Shown here in pieces: positions 1-13,800 of a stretch of DNA of 64,000 nucleotides (its first letter is position 1; each line of letters starts with the position of its first letter). The position numbers were made by a program, and so were the translations under genes. The notes below the pieces were generated by a model that was not told the DNA's origin, searched no databases, and saw nothing but the letters and a program-made list of their open reading frames with translations. The DNA comes from the human T2T-CHM13v2.0 reference genome, Homo sapiens, in assembly GCF_009914755.1 (NCBI RefSeq), contig NC_060927.1. One strand, 5' to 3'.

Positions 1-1250
1 TTACTACCAGAAATTAGGGAAGACTCACCAGAGAAAGTGACATTTAAGATGAGTCCTTAAGGGTTTAGCAGAAAGTTAATGGATTGGGAAGAGGAAAGTT
101 CCTTTTAGATTTTTTTTTAAACTAAGTGTGTAAAGGCATAAAAAGTTATGCTATATGTAGAGATCAATGGGAAGGGTAGATGATGAGAGTATAGGATGTG
201 GAGTAGGAAATGAGAAGCAGGAACAAGAGGGTAAACAACTGACAGTTTCTTAAATAGAAGAGCTACATAATTGACTCTTATCTGTATACAAAATAACTCC
301 TGTGTTCCCTGGAAAAGATTGTTTCAGAGAGAGTGACAAGTTAGTAGAGGCCAGTAAGAGAGGAGGGAGTGACAAGCCTTTTGTCTTTACCTCCTTCAAG
401 TCTCTGCTCAAATATTGCCACTTTACATAGATTGATTTGAATCACCTTCTTTAAATAACAGTCGCTGCTACTCTCTTTCCTTATTTCCTATTTTATTTTT
501 CTTTAAAAAAATCATTACAGGAATAGTTATCATTTTCCCACTAGTATGTCATTTTTTATATCTTTTGAGATGATTGCCATAGCCTCAGTGACCAGAACAT
601 TGCCTGGGATATAGTAGCTACTCAGTAAATATTTTGTGAATAAATCAATGATTTTTTTTCAAAATGTGAGCTGATGAAGACCCGGACCAAGGCGATCACC
701 ATGGGCATAGAGTAGAGACTGCAGACTTAAGAAGCTTTTCTAAATTAAATCAACCAAACGTGTTTGGTGATGGCATATATGTAATGAGGGAGGAAAGATT
801 AAAAGAGGAGGCGCTTCCTTCACAGTGTGGGAGATAGGATGAATTATGATGACATTCACTGAAATGAAATGTAATATGAACACCTTTGGGAAGGAGATCA
901 TAAATTCAGTATCAGAGGTGTTGAACATCAGTTCTCTATCAGTCAAAAGGGAATGGAATTGCAGGCCTGGGGCCCAAGAGAAAGATCTGAGATTAAGGTA
1001 GAGATATATAAATCATTAAAAATTGATAGCAGTAGAAGACACAAGTATAAAAGTCATATGAATAGTGGGCATAAGGATATAAATACTGCAAAGTTTAGAG
1101 CATTTGGAAAAGTATTAAGATCAGGAAATAAAATGATAATATTTTTAAAATGAGAGTTAAGGTTGACAAAAATTCTGTTATTCCAAAGTTGCATTGGGAG
1201 TCTTTGAGATTGACCACTGTTCATCATGAGAACTAGATAAGTTTTTGTTT
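1..1250 (-). mobile_element. Degenerate L2 LINE fragments (minus strand), interrupted by a plus-strand L2 piece
   Basis: Purine-rich L2-like text such as agagaaagtgacatttaagatgagtcct and ggcctggggcccaagagaaagatctgagatt. Boundaries approximate. Confidence 0.55.
385..651 (+). mobile_element. L2 3' end
   Basis: Ends with the L2 terminus cagaacattgcctgggatatagtagctactcagtaaatattttgtgaataaatcaatga. Confidence 0.65.
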
Positions 1251-1689
1251 TTGTTTTGTTTTTTAGCAACAGCATGGGAAGGAAAAAAAATACACTTTTT
1301 GCTAGACTAGTTTGTGATTTTTGCATTTTAAATTTAAGTGTAGAAACTTACTAAGCTTTTAGATTTCAAAAATATGTAGGTCAACATCTGAGTTTAGATT
1401 CATAGAGCACTTTTTGTCTTTCACCAATTCCCTGATAGAACCAGCATCTGAAATGTTCCCTCCTGTCCCAAAATTCTACACCTCCTATGGCTTGTTCTAT
1501 GTACTTATTTCCCGTTTGAATGTCTTTCCTTTTATTCTGTATGTTACAAAGCAGAAATAATTGAATAGCGTGTAGACTTTCTCAGGTGCACACCCTTTTC
1601 TCTCTCCTCTAAATTGGTCACCAAAATTCCATTATGGCAATCTCAACGATGATGGCAATATGATGGTTACCACAACTGCATGCTCATTA

Positions 1690-2130
1690 GGGAGGAATTT
1701 GAAAGCCATCCATTGGTAAGCTTATTCCAACTTATGCCTGGGAAATGGCCACTTACCTGCTCTTAGTCTATTGTTTTTAATGGAACTGAGACTGCTGGAT
1801 ATTGTGTTGGGGAAAAAAATCCATGCAGAACCAATGATATGTAGGAATTAATGGAATTCCTAGGAAAAAGCAGACACTTTTGTGCTCTTTCGTGAGGGAA
1901 TATGAGAAACAGCTGCTGCCATGTTGTAATCATAAAAGCAAACCATAAGTAGAAGCCAAATATGTAGAAGAATGCAAATCTGAGAAACAAAGAAGCAAAA
2001 AGAAAATAGTTGTGTACGCTCTTCATATGACTCATGTAGACTCTTTAGTCATATGAAGTAAGAAATGGCTGTTACTTAAGGTGGAGTTGCTTAGTCTTTT
2101 CTTCTCCACAGCCACCGGAGTCCTAATTAG
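1690..2130 (+). mobile_element. Ancient LTR remnant (MLT1J/K or LTR16/33 class)
   Basis: gctgctgccatgttg...agaagccaaatatgtagaagaatgcaa and an LTR-like end cagccaccggagtcctaattagtca. Very diverged. Confidence 0.35.
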
Positions 2131-2350
2131 TCATTTATCATGTGCCATTAATTAATTGTGCTACATATTTTATGAACCTTATGTCATTATATCATTTAAT
2201 TTTCAGCACAATTCTGTGAGGCAGTTATTACTACTGTTTTACAGATAAGAAAGCTGAGGAACAGAAAGGATGAGGAATTTACTCAAAATTACACAGTTAA
2301 TTGAGGCATAGATGCAGGAATTAAATCCTAACCTATTCTAAATCCCTCAG
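2131..2350 (-). mobile_element. MIR SINE
   Basis: MIR core ttttacagataagaaagctgaggaacagaaagg...ttactcaaaattacacagttaa. Confidence 0.75.
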
Positions 2351-2882
2351 TATTATTCCACCTGTACTGACCCGAATTTGGCTACATATTAGGATTTCCA
2401 TTATAATATCTGGCATGAAGTTTCCTCTAAAGTCTATCTCATACTAGTGCCCTGTCTCCATCTTCTCATGTCTGTAAATGGATTTTTAAATTATGGTGTT
2501 TACATTTCTTTTGTATCTACATACACTGACAGAAGAATTACCACCTTACAGAATGAAATCACATTAATAATGGTCCTTGCTGCTCAAGAGGCAATTAGGA
2601 TATTCTCTATGGACTCATCCAATCCCTGGACCACATCTTATTCTGTGAAACATATAGAAACCTAGCTTAAGTAAATTAATAAAATAAAATGAAACACGTA
2701 AAGATTCAGAATGTGTCTGAATTAGTACCCAACTACATTACTTAGGTAATATTTAGGCTTTTTAAAAAAAATTTATGCAACCTCATGTAACACCTGTGTG
2801 CTTGGAAATGCTGACTATTCTTGTGCTTAAAGCTTATCCATGATCTGCTTCAGAGTTTGTGTAACACAAACCCCCCAGTTTA

Positions 2883-2883
2883 C

Positions 2884-2918
<35 letters not shown>

Positions 2919-2920
2919 TA
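2883..2920. repeat. (TA)n(CA)n microsatellite
   Basis: Seen directly in the sequence. Confidence 0.9.
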
Positions 2921-3840
2921 CGTATGTACATATATGATATATATGCATGGAAAATTGAGTATATGTATATAGAAACATATCATTAAGTGGATTTCTAAAG
3001 TTCTTAAGAATCATTGACAAACGAATTCATTCTCAAAGACACCTTTAACAAATGTTTGATTCTTATCTTACCATAGTTAAGTATTATAGAAATGCTATGC
3101 AAGTTTGTGTTCTTTCGTTGACCTGATTTACAAAAGCTAATTTATCAGATATCAAGGAATCCCAGTTTTTGTTTCTACTTTTAAAAAAGGTAAACAAAAA
3201 ACCACAAGCACTGCATATCTTTATCTTTTAAATAGAAGTAAATCTAGCAGGTATTTTTTTAAATAAAAAATATACATTAGACTTGCAGTTTTCATTACAG
3301 CATGTAAAGAGCTTAGCGGTCACCACTTCATTCTAACAACAAGTTAAAAGCTTATCAAATGAAAAACTAACAGTTCTTTTTAGATCCATCTAGAGGTCAG
3401 ATCACAGAGCAAACTGTTGCCCCTGAAATTGGAGAGAGACACAGGCAGATACAGAGTTTCAAAACCGACTTGCACAGAAACCCATCAGCAGTAACACCTG
3501 TGGGAACCAGTGCCACACTAGGGAAACCTGAACCGTAATTGAGGAATTGCTGGAGACCCACTGTGGACAACTCTGAGAATTAAAAACTCCAAGAGAGCCC
3601 GTCACAAAGGGCCCCCACACTTTTGTGCATTTGAGCTCTAAGAACTCTACCAGTTCCTCATAGTGAATATTGGATAAAAATCTCTCAAGCTTCTGGCAGG
3701 GAGAGGGATAAATGAACCAATTTGAAATACAAAAGGGCATCCCATTCTTAAAGACTTGTACAGAGAAACTATTTTATCAGGGACTAACCGTTTGGGGTAT
3801 TGTCAAAGCCTAACTGACATGAAGGAAGGAAAATATCCTA

Positions 3841-4212
3841 TGTATTAGTCTGATCTCACGCAGCTATAAGGACATACTTGAGACAGAGTAATTTCTAAAG
3901 AAAAGGGGTTTAATTGACTCACAGTACGGCCTGGCTGCAGAAGCCTTAGGAAACTTACAATCTTGGTGGAAGGGGAAGCAAACACATCTTTCTTCACGTG
4001 GTGGCAGCAAGAAGTGAAAGCGAAGCGGAGGAAAAGCCCCTTATAAAACCACCAGATCTCAGGAGAATTCGCCCACTACCATGAGAACAGCATGGAGGTA
4101 ACCGCCCCCATGATTCAGTCACTTCCTGCTAAGTCCCTCCTATGACACATGGGGACTATGGGAACTACAGTTCAATATGAGATTTGGGTGGGGACACAGC
4201 CAAACCATATCA
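3841..4212 (-). mobile_element. THE1 (THE1C-like) MaLR solo LTR nested in the L1 5' region
   Basis: tgtattagtctg...gggacacagccaaaccatatca termini, 372 bp. Confidence 0.9.
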
Positions 4213-7200
4213 CCCAACTTCAGCCACTTCTTGTCATCCTATGTCACCCAATGGGCAGAGGTTGTGGATGGGGCTGAGAAGTAGGTAAAGTTCATAGTCC
4301 GAAGTCACAGGCTCAACAAAATACTAATAACTTCCTCTACTGCAATGCCTTACCAATCTATTAAAGGCCTATTTACTGCAGTTCTGTTTACCCAGTGCAT
4401 CATGTCTTCCTTTCAACAAAATATTACGAGGCATACTAATATGTAATAAGCACAATTTGAAAACAAAAAACAATCATCAAAATCAGAGTCAGATATGGCA
4501 AGAAACTTGGAATTATTAGACAAGAAATTTTTTATTTAGTAACTATGATCAATATGCTAAGGGCTTTAATAGAAAAAGTAAACAACTTGGAAGAACACAT
4601 AGACAATGTAAACAGATGAAAATTATAAAAAAGAATCAAAAAGAAGTATTAGAGTTTAAAAACACTAATAGAAATGGTGAATGCCTTTGATGGGTTCATT
4701 AACAGACTAGATGTGTATGAGAAAAGCCTCTCTGAGCTGGAGAATATGACTACAGAAACTTCCAAAATAGAAAAGAGAAAAATGATGAAATAAATCAGAA
4801 CATAATATCCAAGAAATGTGAAACAACTAAAAACTATGCATAAAGGAAATACAAGAAGAAGAAAGAAAGAAGCAGGATTTGAAGCAATAATAACAGAATT
4901 TCTCCCAAATTAATGACAGACACCAAACCACAGATCCAGAAAGCTCAGAGAACACCAAGAAGGATAAATGCCAGAAAACCTGCATGTAGGCATATTATAC
5001 TCAAACTTCAGAAAATGAAAGGCAAAGAAAAAATCTAAAAAGATGCCAGATTTTTAAAATACCTTAATTATAAAAGATCAAAGAAAAATATTATATCTGA
5101 CTTCCTTTCAGAAGCTATGCAAGCAAGAAGAGAATGGGTTTAAATATTTAATTTCTTGATAGAAATAAAAAACTCACCAAGCTAGAATTCTGTACCCTGC
5201 AAAATTATCCTCCAAAAGTGAAAGAGAAAGAAAGACATTCTCAAACATAAATTGAGAGAATGTTTTGTCAGTAGACCTGCCTTGCAAGAAATGTTAAAAA
5301 AAAAAGTTATGTAGAAAGAAGGAAAATGATACAGGTCACAAAGTCATATCTACATAAATAAGTGAATAGAATCAGAAAAGGAATAAGTGAAGATAAATCT
5401 TTTATTTTTGTTATTTTAATTTATCTAATAACAGTTTATTCAAAATAATAGCAATAATGAATTAGATTGTTTATACTTCTGTTCATATATATGGCTAAGT
5501 GTAAATAAAATGAGTGACACTAATGATACAAGAGACAGGAGTGAGTAATTAGAGTTATTGTGTTATAAAGTTCACACACTACCCATGAGGCAGTAAAGCA
5601 TTGTTTTAAAGTGCATTTGGATTACATGTAAAGGTATATTGCAACCTGTAGGGCAAGCAATTTTAATTCTAATTAATATGGATGATATTAACACACTAAA
5701 GACAAAGATTGTAAGAATGGATCAAGAAACTACAAGCAATTATATGTTATTTATAAAAAGTCTTTTAAATCTAAAGACTCATAGATTAAAAGTAAAAATT
5801 AGGATGGTGAGAGATATACTATGCTAACACTAATCAAAAGAAAGCAGAGTAGCTATATCAATTTCAGACAGAACAGACTTCAGAGCAAAGAAAGTAATCA
5901 GGGATAAAGAAAAATATTACATAATGCTAAAGGGTCAATACTCCAAGAGCACATAAAAATCCTTAGTGCGTATGCACCTAACATCAGAGTGTTATAACAT
6001 ATGAGGCAAAAACTGATAGGACTGCAAGGAAAATTACGTAAATCTACTCTTATAATTAGAGACCTTAATACCCTACTACCATAAATGGGCAAATCCAACA
6101 GGCAGAAAATCGGTAAGGACATAGATGTACAGCATTAACAAATCATTTGGATGTAATCGACGTATAGACTACTTTATCTGACAATAGCGTATTACACAGC
6201 CTTTCAAGCTCACATAGAAGGTTCACCAAGATAGATTACATCTGAACAATAAAACACACCTTAACAAATTAAAAAAAATAGAAACCATGCATTGTCTGCT
6301 ATCAGAGTACAATGGAATTACACTAGGTCGATAACAGAAAGATAGCTGGAAAAATCCCAAAATACTTGGACGTTAAATAACACATTTCTAAATTACCCAT
6401 GGGTCAAAGAAAATATCTCAAGAGAAATTAAAAATATATTTTGAACTGAATTTAAAAGAAAATACAGTTTATCAAAATTTGTGGGAGGCAACAAAAGCAA
6501 TTTATGAGGGAAATTTACAGCATCGAATGAATGTGTTAGAAAAGAAGAAAGAACAAACAACAATATAAGCTTCACATGAAGAAACTAGAAAAATAGAACA
6601 AATTAAATCCAAAGTAGGCAGAGAAAAGAAATAATAAAAATTAGTGGAGGAATCCATGACACTAAAGACAGATATCAATAGAGAAAATCAATGAAACAAA
6701 AAACTGGTTATTTGGAAAGATCGGAGTGGAAGAGAGAGAGAATGAGAGAGAGCACACGAATTACCAATATCAGAAATGAAAGAGAGGACATCTCTATAGA
6801 TTTATGGGCATCAAAAGGATAAAGAATATTATGAACAAATCTATGCTTCCAAATTGGGTAATCCAAATAAAATTGACCAATTCCTTAAAAGACACAATCT
6901 GTCAAATCTTACACTAAAAGAAACACAATTATAATAGGCTTATATCCATTAAGGAAATTGACTTAATAGTTAATCAGTTACCAAAATAGAAAATACCAGA
7001 CCCAGATGAGTTCAGGGAGGAATTTTACCATACATTTATAAAATAAATTATGCCAATTCTCCACAGTCTCTTTTGGGAGACAAAAACAAAGGAAATACTT
7101 TCAAACTCATTGTTTGAGGCCAGCTTTACCCTAATAAAAAAAACCAAAGATATTATAAGAAAAGCAAACTACAAAACAATGTCTCTCAGGAAAATAGCTG

Positions 7201-7958
7201 CAGTAATACTCAACAAAATATTAGCAAATTAAATTGAACATGTATAAAAAGAATTATACACCACAACCAAATTAGATTTATCTAGGCACGCAAGTCTGGT
7301 TAAACATTTAAAAATGAATTAATGTAACCCATCACATCAACAGACTGAAGAAGAAAAATTACATGATAATATTAATATATGAAGAAAAAACATTTGACAA
7401 AATCAAACACCCATTCATGATAAATTCTTAGTAAACTAGGAACAGAGAACTTTTTCAAGTTGATAAAGCATATCTGGAGAAAGATCTAAGTCTACAGCTA
7501 ATATCATACGTAACAGTGAGAAACTCAAAGCTTCCTCATTAAGATCAGGAACAATGCAAGAAGATTCAATTCACCACTCTTTCCAAGATCGTACTGGAAG
7601 TTCGAGCTAATCAAATAAGAAAACAAAATTTTAAAATATAGAGTGGAAAGGAATAAATAAAACTTTCCTTGTTTGCAGATGACATGATTGTTGACATAAA
7701 AAAATCCAAAAGAATTCTCAGAAAAACTCCTGGAATATTAGTGATTATAGAAAGGTATCAGAATATAAGGCTAATATACAAAACTCAATTGCTTTTCTAC
7801 ATATTAGCGATGAACAAGCACAATTTGAAATTACAAACACACTAACATTTACATTAGTACCCTTCAAAATGATATACTTAGGTATAAATCTAACAAAATA
7901 TGTACAAAATCTATGTAAGGAACACTACGAAACTCTCATGAAAGATATCAAAAAGCTA

Positions 7959-8225
7959 GGCTGGGTGCAGTGGCTCATGCTTGTAATCCCAACACTTTGG
8001 GAAATTGAGGCGGGCAGATCACCTGAGGTCAGGGGTTCGAGACCAGCCTGGCTGACATGGTGAAACTCCATCTCCACTAAGAATAGTGGCAGGTGCCTGT
8101 AATCCCAGCTGCTCGGGAGGCTAAGGCAGGAGAATAGCTTGAGAATAGATCCGGGAGATCATGCCACCGCACTCCAGCCTGGGTAACAGAGTGAGATCCT
8201 GTCAAAACAAAAACAAAAACAAAAA
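7959..8225 (+). mobile_element. AluS (Sx-like) with internal deletions and (CAAAAA)n tail, nested in L1 ORF2
   Basis: ggctgggtgcagtggctca...cacctgaggtcagg. TSD caaaaagcta at 7949-7958 and 8226-8235. Confidence 0.92.
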
Positions 8226-8527
8226 CAAAAAGCTAAATAAATGAGGCTATATTTCATGTTTTTCTATAAAAACCTCAAGGTAGTCAAGATATCAGTTCTC
8301 CCAAAGTTGATCTATAGTTTCAACACCATCCCAAATAATCTTAGCAAGTTATTCTATAGATATCAACAAACTGATTCTAGTGTTTATATAGACAAGCAAA
8401 AGAATCAGAATCGCCAATTTAATATTGAAGAAGAATAAAATTGGAGAAGTGATGCTATCAAACTTTGACTTACTCTAAAGCTATTGTAATCAAAACAGTG
8501 TCGTGTTGGTGAAAGAACAGACACATA

Positions 8528-8553
8528 GAACGGAACGGAACGGAACGGAACGG
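8528..8553. repeat. (CGGAA)n pentanucleotide microsatellite
   Basis: Four perfect cggaa units at 8531-8550 plus partial units. Confidence 0.9.
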
Positions 8554-11500
8554 GAGAGCCCAGAAACAGACCCACATAAATGGAGTTAACTGATCTTGAT
8601 GAAGGAGTGAAGGCAATACAGTGGAGCAAATACAGTCTCTTCAGAAAATGGTGCGGGAACAACTGTACACCCACATGCAAACAAACTAAGTTAATTTGGA
8701 CATAGGCCTTACAACTCTTCCACAGATTAATTCAAAATGGACTATCAATCTAGATGTTAAAACACAAAACTACGAAGCTCCTAGAAGATAGCATAGGAGA
8801 AAATCTGTGACTTTGACAATGACTTTTTAGAAACAGCTTCAAAGGCATGATCTATGAAGAAAATAATTGATAACCTGGGCTTCATTAAAATTGGAAACTT
8901 TTGCTCATCACAGCCACCATGAAGAGGAGAAGATAAGCTGCCAACTGAGAATGAATATTTGCAAAAGACACATTTGATACAGGACTGCTATCTAAAATAC
9001 ACAACTCTTAAAACTCAACAATAAATAACTCAATTAAAAAATGAGCAAAAGGCGTGAACCGACACCTCACTAAAGAAGATATAAAGACGGAACATAAAAT
9101 AAGCATATGAAAATATATTCAACATATATAATTAAGGAATCGCAAATTGAAACAATAATGAGAAATCACTGCTAGAATGGCCAAAATCCAAATCACTGAC
9201 ACCACCAAATGCTGAGGAGGATGGGGAGCAACAGGACCTCTCATTCATTGCTGCTGGGGGCTACAAAGTGGTACAGCCGCTTTGGAAGACCGTTTTGCAC
9301 TTTCTTACAAAACTAACCGGCTCTTATCATATAATCTAGCAATTTCATTCTCAGATATCCACCCAAATAAACTGAAAACTTATGTTGGAACAAAAACCTG
9401 CACATGAATGTTTATGGCAGCTTCATTCATAATTGCCAAAATTTGGAAGCAACTAAGATTTCCTTCGGTAATTGAGAGTGTAAATAAACTGTGGTACTTC
9501 CAGGCAATGGAATATTACTCGATATTTTGAAAAGAATTAAACTATCAAGCTATGAAAAACATGGAAAAAGCTTCAATACACTAAGTGAAATAAGCCAATA
9601 TGAAAAGGCTGCATACTGTATAATTCCAACTATATGATCTTCTGGATAAAGCAAAAGTATAGAGATAGTAAAAAAAGATCAGTAGTTACCAGGGATTATG
9701 GGAATAGGGAGAGATGATTAGGCAGATCACAGAGGATTTTTAGGACAGTGAAATTATTCTATATGATACACTAGTGAATATACGACATTATACATTTCTC
9801 AAAACCTATAGAATGTACAGCATCTAGAGTGACAAACTATGGACTTTGAGTGATAACAATGTGTCAGTGTAAGTTCATCACCTCTGACAAACGTACCTGA
9901 TGTGGGATATGTGGGATGTTGATAGTGTGGGACGTTGCGCATGTGTGGGGACAAAAAGTTTATGAGGGCTTTTTGTACTTACCACTCAATTAGGTTGTCT
10001 GCCTAACACCTCTAAAAAGTCAAGTTTATTAATTTAAAAAATACACATATATTTGAAATTGTTAAAATTTACTTGATTATCTATTAATTCATTTTATTGC
10101 TAGCTTGACCCTAGAGGTGATCAAATAAAAAATCCAATGCTTCCTTTATATGTCTGTTCTTGATTCTAAATAGCTAACCAATCATCAAGGAGTCTGGTAT
10201 GTCATTTTCTCTTCAATAGCTGTGTGATTTATTGTTTCAAATTAACAGTAATGGCTAATGGCATAACTTCTATCCCCTAAGTTAAAGAATTAAGAATCTG
10301 TGATTTGTTTCCTCTCAATACATCCATCTCTTCTCTACTAGGATCTGGGTCATTGTTACTCTCTGGGTACCCGCAGTTAACAGGTGTTCTAGCAAGACTC
10401 ATAAATTCCGAACTTGTTTCTGTTAGGATCATTCTCTTTGCTCTTAGTAGATCCAGCCTCTTCAGCTACATACTTTGTAAAATTTTATCTTAGTGACACA
10501 CCCTTTATTTAAGAATTGTTGCCAGGTCATATGTAATCTGTGAAGCTGTTTTCTAAGGACCTGATATGAAGATTTCTATGACTATTTTGATAATCAGTAG
10601 AAAAATGCAAACATATTCAGTGACTCAGTCAACCTTGACAAAAGAACAGTTTGAAGTATTTTCCTGATAGAAATCACGGAAGACATTCACTTTGCATTCA
10701 TGAAAACATCTTCGTCAAATCACTTTTTATTTAGCATGCCACTTATGAAGGTATTTTACATCATAGCCCAAATGTAGAAAACTTATTCTCCCTTTTCTGT
10801 TGAGTAAAACGTGGTTGATTATGTCTGTTTTGGGATACTTTTGAGATGTAAATTTTGGTTTCAACAAAGGAAGTTGATTTGAATTTTCTAGTCTTTATAT
10901 TTGTCTTCTGGTGTAATCATCATTGTGTTTCTGTTGTCTTTATGTGAATGATACACATTTTACCCATGACAAAATTTAATACGTAAACAGTCCCTGACAT
11001 TAACACCATCAGCTTGCTTCCTCATTTGTTCAATCTTGTGCTTGCCTCCCCTGTATAATGGGTGTTCTTTCTTTTCTATAACAAGTAGACATTAACATAG
11101 CATGCTAAAATAGATCATCTTTGCCACACAAGAAGAGATTTTGGCATTGTTTATTCATACAATTTTCTTTCTGTCAAAAATGCATACGGCAAATCAAATA
11201 TTTACTAGCAGTCACACAGGCCTGCTTGAAAAAAATACAGTTTATAATATATTATGTGTAAGATATTATAATATAAAATAATATATTTATACATATATAT
11301 TAGGCACAATATATTCTCATATATATTATCATTTTATAGTTATATATATTTATATAAATTGCTTGGAATGATTTTTTTTCTCCAACCTCATTCTTTTTAA
11401 GAACTCAAATGGAATTTGTTTTCAGTTAAGATCCTAAAATTTACAGTTGAGCTTCATATCTAAATGGTTTCCTTATTTCAGTTAAAGAGGGATGAACCAT

Positions 11501-11916
11501 AAATATTACTTTTTATATCTATAAATGTTTATATCAGAGAAATAAGCCACCTTATAGAAAACATGGTAGAGTCAATGATAGTGATAGTTTACAGGAAAAT
11601 GTGTGGCATTTTATACTACTTCTGTGTTATCAACTTTTAGAATAAAAGTCTCTTTTATAGACTTGGTCAGCCTCATAAGTATAAGAATCTACAACAACAT
11701 AGTTAGAAATATTCATAGGGTTGTCTGGTTAAGATATCAAGCATTTGAGGTTTCTAATTTTCCCTCTCAGATTTGTGAAAAAAATTAAAAGCTATGGACC
11801 AAATATGTGCCAGATCACAAAAAGAATTCCTGACAACCACAGGTACATGGAGCCCTGAGGAAGAATAGGAGAATGTGCTGGAAAGTGTATAACAATCTCG
11901 AGTGCACACTCGCACT

Positions 11917-11948
11917 CACACACACACACACACACACAAGCACACACA
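11917..11948. repeat. (CA)n microsatellite
   Basis: Seen directly in the sequence. Confidence 0.9.
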
Positions 11949-12559
11949 ATCTAAAGAAACAAAGAAATACACCCCTCAGAAAGTCTGAAAGAATTTTTCT
12001 CAAAATAATCAATTCTGTGTGCCTGCCTTGTAGGATCGGCCCATCCAGTGACCAGATGGATGCGGCAAAGCGCTCTTAATCCTCAGAAGCAGGAAGGAGA
12101 CCTGCCAGGGCAGGCAGCCCTCACTAATTTTTCTCCAGCAAATCTTCCCAACAACACAGTGCCACTAAGAGAGACATGTGTTTGAGATTTTGTTTTATTT
12201 TCAAGGATTCACAGTCAATAACGAAATACAGCTGGGCTTAGAAGAGTTGTGGGAGAAGGATGCCCTGAGACTCCATCTAGCAAGGAAAGAATTAAGTCTT
12301 CTCTGGAAGATCCACAAATAAAATGTACTGCTCTTTACAAAATGACACCATGATTCAGTTATTTTAGAATGTGCAATTATGTTATGATTGACTATAGTAA
12401 CCCCATTGTTTCTTTGAAAGCAGTATCTTCACTGTGAAATGAAACCTGAAATATTCAAGGAAGGAGAATTCATTCTTCCTCTATCATCAAATAACAAAAC
12501 TATGTAAATATTGTTCATTTCAAAAAGAATAAATAAGGGAGAAAGGGAAACTACAAAAT

Positions 12560-13800
12560 CAGCCAATATGTTTACAGGATAGAATACAGCTTTCAGGTTA
12601 CTGAAGGAAATTCTTCTTTTCCAAATAGAAATAAATTGTAGATGCTTTGTACTATCAACAAATTTTAGATAAGTTAGAGTTCATGAAGCAGGATAGATGA
12701 GATGGGACAACTGACTGATATGAAAAGTGACTTCTGAGTTAGGTGGCGGTAAAGCTTTTAAAGATTATATAATATAAACAATAATCTCAGCATTAATGTC
12801 AGCATCAAAAGCAATAAGAAGTAGAATTAAATTGTAGGAAAAAGCGATATGGAAGACACACTAAAAAAGCTCTCTTTTAATTTTGGGCTGAGTATGGGTG
12901 AGTATGAGACTAAGATGCAAAAGACACAGTGAGAATGAGAAGATAATATGGTGAACAGAGAGAGAAAATCCAAATATGGAACTTTGTTGCTGATATCAGA
13001 ACACATGGGAGATAAGCAATAGTGAAAGACTTAATAGAAAAAAAACCTGAAAGCTAAGGCAACTATACATTGTGAATTTAAAAGGCCCATTATGTAAGAG
13101 AAAAAATTAATGAAGTCCTGCAGAGAAACAAATAATTTTTTCCAATAATAAAGAGAAATGTGAAATCACTAAACCAAAAAGGAAAGATAATATAATAAAA
13201 GAAAAAAAATTAAATTTGTTACAAACATCTGTGCAAAACCAAATAAGACAAGCATAGGTTGGGCTGACCACTAGTTATAAATAACATTATATCAATTGAT
13301 ATAATGATAACTCAAATAATGAAATGTCAAAGCTCCATGGTTGTCTATATATGAAGGCAACACTAACCTATTATTAGGCATATGGGGACTTAGGGTCCAC
13401 TGAATATCTAAAATTTATTGGATAACAACAAAACTCCACATAGAAAATACTGTAGTACTATCTATGGTATTGTCAATGTGTGTGTATGGCACATATATTA
13501 TGAATTATATACAAGACACATAGTATGCTTGACACACACACACACACACACACACACACAAGATAATCATCTGGTAAATATAACAAGGAAATCTAACATA
13601 CAAACAAAGCAAAATTAGAAATAGAAATTGCAAAGACATAAATGTGTAAAATATATAATACTAAGCTAATACATTTGAAGATATTGATGACATTAATAAT
13701 TTTCTAGAAAATAATTTACCAAACATTAAGCTGAACAAATATCAAGTCATGTACTTAAGTGAAATTTTAAAAGGTATTAAAGAATATCCTCATAAGGTAT
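12560..13800 (+). mobile_element. Highly degenerate L1M/L1ME fragments
   Basis: Strong A-rich strand skew and ORF1-like phrases (aaaggcccattatgtaagagaaaaaattaatgaa). Confidence 0.35.
13532..13560. repeat. (CA)n microsatellite
   Basis: Seen directly in the sequence. Confidence 0.92.

Larger units (their letters stand above)
3278..10034 (+). mobile_element. Near full-length old LINE-1 (L1MC1/L1MC2-like), inactivated
   Basis: 5'UTR-like start, ORF1 remnants ~4490-5330, and ORF2 remnants with RT motif L-F-A-D-D-M-I at 7669-7689. L1MC-type 3'UTR at ~9600-10034. Candidate TSD taaaaaatatacat (3264-3277) / taaaaaatacacat (10035-10048). Many stops and frameshifts. Confidence 0.85.

Noticed and set aside
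5639-8680. Multiple 60-90 aa ORFs
   Set aside because: Fragments or antisense readthroughs of decayed L1 ORF2 and Alu; no intact ORF.
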